DNA from: Proteromonas lacertae
Taxonomy: Eukaryota
Assembly: GCA_002245135.1 (NCBI GenBank)
Contig: NGBS01000327.1
Coordinates: 51,283 to 71,282 of the forward strand
Length of the DNA: 20,000 nt
Direction: 5' to 3'
The notes under the pieces were generated by a model. The model was given only the letters and a program-made list of their open reading frames with translations. It did no database searches and had not been told where the DNA came from. The position numbers and the translations under genes are program-made. Of this stretch, positions 1 through 10,100 are shown piece after piece (the first letter of the stretch is position 1; every line of letters begins with the position of its first letter).

Positions 1-964
1 TCAAAATGCAGTTATGACGAGATGATTACACCAATTTGTAAAATAATTGGCATAGATACTTCTCAAAGTTCTTCTAAACAAATTGAAGAGATAATAGACT
101 ATCTGAATAAATCTGTAGAACAAGGACCTCCAATACTTAATGAAAATGAATATGTAAATGAAGAGAAAACCTTTATAAATCAGTTAAACAACAGTTACTT
201 TGAAGATTTTAAGTTAAGAAAACAGATGTTGCTACAAAGATTAGATGTAACAATTCAATCGATGTTATGGTCTAACAAAGCCAAAGGAATAGTAACAAAT
301 ATAATATCAAATATTGAACCATTTAGAAATAAAATAAATAGATTGTATAATGATATAATACCAACTGATTCATTATTTACATGTTCAGCAAATGTAATAT
401 TATATATATATATATATATAATTAATAGTTAATTAAAGAATTATCTCAGAAAGTAACATCCAAACATATTGATTCAATTGTTAAGCATTATGTTATTGAT
501 AATGTACCAGATAGAGGAGGAAGAACCATAACTTCTGAATCTTATAAACCATCCAATAAAACTAAACAAATTGTAGAGAATAATATCCCAAAGCACCATC
601 AGTTGGTAGTGTAGTAAGTGAAATTCCAAATACTTCTTCTTCAACTTTAAAACCAGAGTGTCCTAAAGGTTATTGTAAAACTTACTTTGATAAACGTTCA
701 TGTAATTATGGAGATAGATGTAAATACTATCATGATCCTCCTGAGTGGTTATGTTTGGATTATTTCTTCACAGGTGATTGTAAGAATAGTAATTGTATGA
801 TGATGCATAAAATACCAGATGATGCATGTTATGAATATTTAGTGTATGAACAGTGTTCAAAACGTCGTTGTAAATTTAAACATCCTAAAACAACTCAATG
901 TCCTCAGTACTTTTATGAACATAAATGTGTAAATGGGGATAAATGTCATTATCGACACAACTAA
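1..964 (+). CDS. FAM98: FAM98-family protein (3' part, starts upstream of window) with a C-terminal array of four CCCH zinc fingers; intron 394-428; apparent 1-nt frameshift near 590
   Basis: Frame is open from base 1. DFKLRKQMLLQRLDVTIQSMLWSNKAK matches the FAM98 motif RRxMLLKRLDVTVQSFxWSDRAK. Removing the 35-nt GT..AG intron 394-428 gives ..IVKHYVIDNVPDRGGRT, the FAM98 C-terminal VPDRGGR signature. That frame stops at 612-614, but an overlapping frame open 584-964 encodes the CCCH fingers; adding one A to 'cccaaagc' joins them (NNIPKAPSVGS..). Confidence 0.85.
674..958 (+). other. Four tandem CCCH zinc-finger motifs
   Basis: CKTYFDKRSCNYGDRCKYYH (C8C5C3H), CLDYFFTGDCKNSNCMMMH (C8C4C3H), CYEYLVYEQCSKRRCKFKH (C8C4C3H), CPQYFYEHKCVNGDKCHYRH (C8C5C3H). 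Confidence 0.9.
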
Positions 965-1088
965 ATATCTAATGTTCACTTTATTTTAATGATGTTTATA
1001 AAATTGGGTATTGAAAATTGAAGAATAAAACGGATATAATACATTGTTGTTTTTATCAATATCTAGTTAGCATATTACAATAATAATT

Positions 1089-2345
1089 ATGTCATCTGGT
1101 AGAGGTTCTGCAATTCTTTCACCATATGAATCTTTAACAGTTGAAGATCTGGTATAGTTGCAATATTATAGTTGATTGATATAGGTCGTTGCTAGTGAAG
1201 ATATAAAAAAGAAAAAAAAGAAATCGAGAAATTATCATCTTCTTATACCACTTAATCAAGAATGTCTTACAATGGCTCAAGCTTTGTACTGTATAATTAT
1301 ATTATTGCACTTATTTTATATTATTTAAACTAGTAAATATAACTGATATAAGCCATATCGAAATTGCATTTATCAAATTGTGGGAAAAAGATCCAACCTC
1401 CTGTAGTATTTCACTAAAAATTTTACTTAATGTATTTCCCAAAGAATATTCAGGTTTTATCAAAACCTATTTTCATGAAACTGTAGGATATTATCAGTTC
1501 TTTATTTTTATATGCTTATATTCATTTTTTTCACATCAACAAATATTTTCTGTAATGATAGCGCAAGCGAAGATTTACAGTAATGTATTAGTTACAAAAG
1601 TATAGATCAGTTATTTTTCTAATATTCATAGGAACAAATTAATTCGTTTTATGAAGAGTTTCATATATGTAAAGAAGATTTACTCGATCTGTTTCAATGT
1701 CTAGATTCTTCGCATATCGATCTACCGGATGCTCCTAGTAATGCCTATTCATTAAAAGCTTTTATTAGACATTTTAATGTATCTTTACAATTTTCAGGGT
1801 TTTTAACCAGTTTTAAAAATGAAATTATAAAATTAGTATTTGGTCAGCAACTCTTTAATACAATATCAAGTAGATTGTTTTATTATAACCATAAAGCAGA
1901 GTTTTTAAGTGATCCAGTAGAATCTTGTGCTGATAAGTGTTATAGGATAATGTTTACCAATGACCCACCACCATATCATTATGATTACTGTCCGCCTTTA
2001 GCTAAACAGAAAAATGCAATGGATGAAGTAATATATATAATAAAACAGAAGTATGGTTATTCATCAAGGAAAAGCTCTTATAATTTTGGATCGTTTGCTT
2101 TAATATTGAAGAAATCATCTTTATTAAATAACAACACCAAATTTAATATTAGTGAAAGGAAAATAACTGATGTAAATAGGTTCAAATACAAAACATCTTT
2201 ATCTGGAAATTATCAACATACTTCTTTTATACTTGCAGGAAAAAGTATTTCAAGACCAGTATCCCCTATACAAGAACAAATAACTAATATACCAAAGAGG
2301 TCTTTGAATAAAGTATATCCAGAAGAAAAGACTTGTAATTCATAA
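1089..2345 (+). CDS. Uncharacterised protein, 382 aa, possible degenerate EF-hand/calcineurin-B-like; paralogue A. Exons 1089-1151, 1185-1290, 1334-1599, 1632-2345
   Basis: ATG at 1089. Three GT..AG introns (1152-1184, 33 nt; 1291-1333, 43 nt; 1600-1631, 32 nt) splice into one 1149-nt frame that includes ORFs 1378 and 1875. Aligns colinearly with the downstream gene. The EF-hand call rests on helix/loop pattern only; there are no canonical DxDxDG loops. Confidence 0.8.
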
Positions 2346-2475
2346 ACGTATATACATGTTTAGGTATAGTATATAAACTAATATTTTTAACATATTTATA
2401 TTGATAATTTGTGTATGATGTTTTGGTAAAAGAATGAAACGAATTTATTTTTAAAATGTCGTTTCTATTTTTAAA

Positions 2476-3957
2476 ATGGCTGTTTTGAGTCCTAGCTCAA
2501 CATATAAGGTTCTAGACTACGGACCTGACGTAACTATATTAGTATACACATTCTAACATAAAATTTAGAAGGAAGCAACAGTATTAGCCAATAATTACAA
2601 GAAAAACGTCCCAATAACAAGTGTTTTACCTTTGAGATCGATATCCGTTATTTTAAGTGAATCACTATTTTGTATATCATTTGTTCATATTCAACCATTA
2701 GTAAATAATTATGAGGTGGACATTATTTTGAGGTCGTATTTAAAAATCTGGATTAAGGAAGTAACTTATAACTACATTCCTTGCAGTAAATTACTCTATG
2801 AGTTTCCTACCAAATTCTATGGGATTATAAGATCTTTTTTTGCAGATAGTATATTATTATATCTCATATAAATTATTTACAATGATTATTATAGAACCAG
2901 TTTACTATGATGGATATCTGACATTTGTTTTTTTATTTACATTTTATACTCCAGAACAACTCCTTCCATTAATGTTTTCAATGTGTCAAATTAATAGTAA
3001 TATGTACATAACTAAAGTATAAATATTATTAATATAAATATATATTGTTAGAATCAAATTATTAAATTTTTAAACACATATTTGATAAATCAAGAGTGTT
3101 TTAAGGATATGTTTGATTCACTATCAAAGAAAAGAGAACAGATTTATTTCCAACAACATTTTATTAATTCTACGATGTTTGATCGTCCTTTCAATCCAAC
3201 CAATGCTGAACAGTCAGGTAAATTAAATTCATATCAAGTACCCTATAATTCACAATTCCAACAGTCATTTAACCAACAGGTACTAGAACAACAACAGCTA
3301 TCATCTCAACAATCATCATCTCAAACACCAACACCACCTCCACAACTGCAAATATATCAGCAGAAGCATCATACGCATGTTCATCACCATCGTCATCCTG
3401 CTAAAAGTGAATTGTATGATATGAAAGATTTATTTAAATATTTTGTTAATTCTGTTACATTTGTATCTTTTCTATCAGAGTTTAGATATCATCTTGTTAC
3501 TAATATAGTATCACCAAATGTGTATGATATAGTAAGGCAAAGAATACAGTTTTTTTATTCACATAATGTTGAAAGACCTCCAATTGAATCATGTTGTCAA
3601 AAAATTATAAGAATGTTATTTACAGACATTCCTCCACCTTATTACTTTAATTATAGACCTCTTACAGTTAATGATAAAAATTTTGATGAAGTTATATATT
3701 ATCTCAGATTATCATTTGGATATGCAGATAGACATTCATTAGCTTCATCTTATAGGAAAATGCATGCTTCAAAGACAAGATCAAATCATAACAGTATTGC
3801 TCCAGAGTCATGTGACAATAGTTCTACTCCTATACCCCTTCAATCGGAATTATCTTCAAGTTATGCAAATAGTATGGAATCAGAAATCCAAAAAACTAAA
3901 TCCAGATCTAAATATCACAGTGTAAAAATCCTTCCAACAAAAAATGGAGGTTTGTGA
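2476..3957 (+). CDS. Uncharacterised protein, 443 aa; paralogue B with a Q/H/P-rich insertion. Exons 2476-2529, 2569-2671, 2702-2848, 2895-3016, 3052-3957
   Basis: ATG at 2476. Introns 2530-2568 (39 nt), 2672-2701 (30 nt, in-frame; inferred from alignment with paralogue A), 2849-2894 (46 nt) and 3017-3051 (35 nt) give a 1332-nt frame. Shared motifs with paralogue A: P[VI]ESC..K..R..FT..PPPY...Y.PL and DEVIY.....GY. Confidence 0.8.
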
Positions 3958-4132
3958 AATCATAATATATTATGTGTAATTAGAATCATTTATATGTAAG
4001 TAATTAATTGTTTAGTGTTTTATTTTTAGAAATGTGTGTGTGTTTTGTAGGAATTATAGTTGAAATTTATACATATTCAACCAACCAACAATAATAATAA
4101 CAAGAACAAATTTTAAAATAATAATATAAGAT

Positions 4133-7100
4133 TTATTCTTCTCCACTGCTACTTTCATCACTGCTGGAAGTTTCACTTTTTGATTCTTTTCTTTCAATAG
4201 CATTTGGAGTAGAGTTTGGTTTGGCTTCTTCTTTTCTTTCTGGTATTGCACTTTCAGTTTCAGTTTCAGTTTCAGTTTCACTATCACTACTTCCACTACT
4301 ACTACTATAACTGGATGAATAACTTAATCCACTTCCACTTCTTTTTCTGCTGGACTTACTTTTAAACTTTATTGGTTGTGGTGTTACTCCTTCTCTCTTT
4401 ACTTCATCTTTTGGTACTTCTTTTTCTTCTTCATCCTTTTGTTGTATTGTTTCTTCCTCTTTCTTTACTTCTTCTTTATTTTCTATATTCTCACTCTTAG
4501 GTTTTTCTTTTTCATCCTCTTTATTTGAGTTAGCAACTTCTTCTTTTATTATTTCTTTTTCTGTTTCTTTTAATTCAACTACTTCTTCAACATCTGATTC
4601 TTCTTCTTCATCTGATTTTTCATCCTCCTCCTCTTTCTTTTCTTCTCCTTTCTTTTCATCTACAACTATTGTTGGTATTTCTATATTTGAACCAGCTTGT
4701 TTATTATCTCCATTAGGTTTTATTCCTTTGTTAGGAACAGGCTTCTTGAATTTATTATTTGGTTTTGATTTTGTTTTAGGATGAGTTACAGTCTTTCTAG
4801 ACCTACATAACATTAATCCAACAACAATTATTATAACAATTACTACAGCAGCAACTATTATTCCGATTAAGGCACCTGTTGATAAACTACTATTACTTTC
4901 ACCTTTACCTCTATTATTTGGATTAGTTGGATAAATTGTTTTATCTTCTACATTGGTTATTTCTACCTCACAATCTTTGAATATTGTTTCTTCTTCGGAT
5001 GAATCAGCTAGTGTTTTGATTTCTTCACTTAATAGACTTGAATCTTCTAATAATCTATTTGCCACATCTAATATTTTTACTTTTGTTGATTCTTCTGGAA
5101 TAGTAATTATTATTTCAATATTCATTTCATTTTCCAATCCTCTTAATAATAATCTTCTATTATTTAATATTACTTCAATAACATCTCTTTTTAATGTTAT
5201 ATTATCATTTTTATAAATTTCTATTATTGAATCTTTCAATATATTTATATCATCCTCACTCAATTCATATATTGTTTTAGATGTAATATTTGATATTCTT
5301 ATTTCAATAGAGATTCTTTCAATCGGTTTTGGTGTTGTTGGGATAATTGTAGTAGGAATTGAAGTTGTTGGATCTAATGTTTCGTTAGTTGATTCAATTG
5401 TACCAGTGTCATTAGTATCATCATCATTTTTTGTTGATGTAGTTGGATTATTAGTTTCAGTAGGTGATTCGGTTGTAGGTATAACAGTAGGTGATTCAGT
5501 TGTTGGAATAGCTGTTGTTGGATTTGGTGTTGTTGGAGTTAATGTTGTTGGAGGAATTGTTGTTGGTTTTTCAGTTGTTGGAGAAATTGAAGTTGGTTTG
5601 GTTGTTGGTGTTTGAGTTGTAGGATTTGGAGTAGATGGAGGAATTGTTGTTGGAGTTAATGTTGTTGGAGGATTTGATGGAGGAATTGTTGTTGGAGGAA
5701 TTGTTGTTGGTTTTTCAGTTGTTGGAATAGCTGTAGTTGGTACAATTGTAGTTGGTTTTGGTGTTGTTGGAGGAATTGAAGTTGGTGTTTGAGTTGTAGG
5801 ATTTGGATTTGTTGGAGGAATTGTTGTTGGAGAAATTGAAGTTGGTGTTTGAGTTGTAGGATTTGGATTTGTTGGAGGAATTGTTGTTGGAGGAATTGAA
5901 GTTGGAGTTTGAGTAGTTGGATTTCAGTTGTTGGAGAAATTGAAGTTGGTGTTTGAGTTGTAGGATTTGGATTTGTTGGTGTTTGAGTAGTTGGATTTGG
6001 ATTGTTGGTGTTGAGTAGTTGGATTGGTGTTGTTGGAGGAATTGAAGTTGGTGTTTGAGTTGTAGGATTTGGAGTAGATGGTGGAATTGTTGTAATTCTG
6101 CAAGCAGAATCATCAATCTCTTCCCATTCTCCTTTTTCTCCACATCTTCTTGTTATAAAAGCATTTGATTCACCTCCACAACTTATTTTACTTGTTTCGC
6201 CCAACGGTATTGATTTCCATTCTCCTTCTGCAAAACATGACAATCTACAACTATATGGATATACACCACCTGTATCTACACCATCACCACTTCCTTCATT
6301 AACTTGAATTCTTATCCCATTAAATGCCATATCATTATCACTTTGCTGTGAAAAGTACTTAGAATGATAACCAGCTACTAATGTATTATTTGGTTGAGGA
6401 TAATTATATAGTGGAATATAATCACTCTCAGCAGAATTTGGATATGTTTTAATACCTAATAACGTAAAATTATTAACTAAACGATTAGTATTACTACCTG
6501 TTCTATATTGTAAACCGTTAAACCATCTTGATTCTTCTGGATAGAATGTATATTGGAAATATAATGGAATTGAAGCACTATTCCATGTACCTTTTTTACC
6601 TACTTCATAATTAAATGCATATTTTGTTAACTCATTACCATTATAATTTGATTTATCACTATAGACATTGTCATCAGAATAATATGTATATTTATCAAAA
6701 TAACAACTATTAATTCCAGATAATAAATAAAATTCATTTATCTTAAATTCATCTACTTCTGTTGAACTTATATCAGATTTATGAAATTCAATTCCTAATA
6801 TATTTCTACCTTTCTGAATTAACGTAACTGAAGCTGTTACAAAGTATTTTCTTTCACTCTTTTCATAACTACCACCCCATGTTTCACTTGTTGCATCTTT
6901 TGGTAAATATTTATTATAGAATTCTACTCCATTCATTAACATTCTAACACCTCCATTCGAAAATGTAAATGATAAATAAAACATTGATAAATCAATTGTA
7001 TCTTCAGTAAATTCAAATGATTGAATATAATATCTCACCAACTTATCATCATTAAACGATGGTAAAGCATCTACACTAATCCAATTACTCGAATCAAACA

Positions 7101-10100
7101 ATAATCCACTCCAATCATTATTATCTTGAATATCTTCAGTATATTTGATTTGATTGTTGAATGGAATTAGATTCTTTGTATTTACTTTAACTTTTGATTC
7201 AGTTGAATTAACAAAATGTCTTCCTCTAAATAATACTGCTCCATTATGTAATAGTTGTAATCTCATTTCACTATATTCCCATGTTTGATTATTTGTACTT
7301 CCTAAGGTTAATTCATAGGATGTTGGATCTTCACAGAAATATTTCTTGCTTTCACCAACTACTTTATCAAATAATTGAATTTCTTTCTCTCCATTCATCA
7401 TTTTATAGGTTATAAATCCTTGGTCACCACTTTTTATATATAAAGCTACTTCAAAGAACACTTTTTTACAAACATTAGATGAAAATGTTAAGGTCATTTC
7501 ATCGCTGGTTTCACCATTTGGCATATTCTTAACGGTTATTATTATCGATTTTGATTCACTTTTCTCTGTCGGAGTTCCATAGATTAAACCACTTTCTTTA
7601 TCAAAGTTCATTCCTTTTGGTAGATTTTCTTCATTTGTTACAACAAAAACCTTTCCTCCATTTTCTATTGATGGATAAAACTCATAATAGATTTCATTAT
7701 TCAATTCAAATGATGCTGATTCATAACTTAGTATTGGTTTATTACTTAAATGAATCATATCAATTACTACAGTTTCATCTTTAAAGAATGATGAATATTT
7801 AAATATATTTCTATTTTCATATGATAATTTATACCAACCACCTAATTTGGAATTGGATATTATCTTTAATTGTGCATTTACTTTTGGAATACATTTCATA
7901 AATGTATAAACTCTATTTGATACTAATGATCCTTCACTGGATGATAAATATATTGATGTTTCTCCATTTAATATTTCAAATACCACACTTTCTGGCTGAC
8001 TTTTGATTAAATAATCCATTATCAAAAAGTCATTTCCTTCATTACAACCTGCTATATTAACATTTATATCAACAGATACTGTTCTATAAGTAAGACATTC
8101 TACTTTTATTACTCCTGAATATGAACCAATTGCTTTACCTGTTAAAACTCCGTTAGAATCGATGAATATAAAATCAATTGGAGATATTAATGAAACAGTA
8201 TGACAAACCAGATTTGTTGGTATTAATTCAAAATTTTCATTAATTGATGCTACAATACCACCATTTGGATATTCAATTACTGGTTCTGTTAATGGTTTTA
8301 CTTCAAATATAAATTCAGAGAAATATTTAATTCCATCTTTTTCAGCTGTTATTATATAAATTCTTTCTTTTTCTATAACACTTACTGTTCCTGATACTTC
8401 ACCTGTTTCATTTGAAAATGATAACCCAATTGGTAAAGATGGTTCAATCGAATATTTAAATCCTTCTAAATTCACATTGTTATTAATAATTCCATATGAT
8501 ATAACATCATTGACATAATAATTGTTATATATTGAGGAGTATATAAATGGATATGGTTGATCAGTAAATAACCATTCATTTGGTATTAAGGTATATAATC
8601 CGCTATTACTATTATCATATAACAATTCCAATTCTTTCATATTATCATATCCATCTTTTGTATAAACAATTCTTAATTTGTATAGTTGATTTGTTAATTC
8701 AATTGTTTTATCAACTTCATGTAAACCATTTCCTACTGCTTCAAATATTACTGATCCTAATTCTAGTCTACAATAATCATAACATTTTAATCTCATTTTA
8801 TAACTTCCGCCTGATTCTATATTCAAATATCCCCTGTAATCAGCAATAAATAAATGACTCATTGTTGATGGTAATCCATTCCATAGATCTTCACTTTGAG
8901 GATGGAAAATTGATGAATCTTCAACTCTTTTCAACATTAGTCTTGAATCAACAGCTGATGCTGGTTCTTCAAATATGTTCACATCAACTTTACTCGCTGT
9001 ATAATATTTAACTAGCAATCCATTGATTTTATTCGCTTTATCACTGTCACTATAACATATTATTTGTACATTGGTTTTAGAAACATCAATTCCACCATTT
9101 GAACTAATCTCTACTGATTTGAACTGATTATCACAAACTGTTGGAAATCCAATTAATGCTCCATCTAATCTAATACTTAAACCAACTATTGAGGGATTCA
9201 TTGACCATTTGGATGGATATCCTTCATAAGATGCTGTTACTGTTTTACTTACTCCTTCATTATAAGTGATTGTATTAATTGCATAGGATAAATGAGTTAA
9301 TAAAAATCCACCATTATACATTATGTTGTTGATATTCGTTCTTATACCACTTGGAGTAGTATAATATGCTTTAAAATCATTTTGACCTCCTCCACCCCAT
9401 GATAAATATCCAATAACATGATATCCTTTTGCCAAATGGATTACAAAAGTCTTTTCATCATTGTAAGCAGTAGTTGTATATCTTTCTACTCCATAATTAC
9501 CATATGCAAACTTTTGACTATCATCAGATACTCCTGATAATACATAATCTCCTTCTTCAGCAATATATAAATATCCTCTAATTCTAGCAACAGTAAATTG
9601 ACATGGAATCCAATAATTTGTCGTACATAAGTTACTACTATTTGAATATGTTACTTCTGTATTTGTGATAATTATTGGATCTTTTACACTATAATAACCA
9701 TTTTCATATCCTAACCACATATCTTTTAACTTCTTATTCATAAATTTTGCATCTGCATCAATACCATCTTCTTTTTCTGTCTTCCATATAATAAATTCTA
9801 ATCCTTCTGTAAAGCTACCACCACCTTTTTTCCATTCAAATGTAATATTAAACTGTCTATCAGAATGAAGTAAAACTGTAGTGGTTTTTTCTTTTGTTAT
9901 ATCTGTTGCCCTTCCAGTAATTCTACCTGTATTCGCATCATACAAAATACCAAAAGGTAAATTAACAATATTTAATACAATTGGCTGAATATTACATTTT
10001 AATTTCAAATCATATTCTATTTCTAATAAATTGATTGATTCAAAACCATAACTACATTTCACTTCATCTCTTAATACACTTACATAAATAAAAATAAATG

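Noticed and set aside
4054..4296. 80-aa minus-strand ORF
   Set aside because: Alternative frame overlapping the C-terminus of the giant membrane protein; KLKLKLK is the ETETET repeat read out of frame.
4953..5615. Plus-strand ORFs 4953-5216 and 5406-5615
   Set aside because: Antisense shadows of the giant gene; the Val/Gly text is the complement of the Pro/Thr repeat.
5330..6095. Repeat array as a possible CRISPR
   Set aside because: No constant repeat with unique spacers; it is a coding minisatellite in a eukaryotic gene and no cas genes are present.
5656..6143. Gln/Leu-rich C-terminus of the 2020-aa ORF and the 142-aa ORF 5715-6143
   Set aside because: Out-of-frame readings of the PT repeat caused by single-base deletions.
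7551..8849. Plus-strand ORFs 7551-7784 and 8580-8849
   Set aside because: Short antisense ORFs inside a long, domain-rich CDS, with no motifs.
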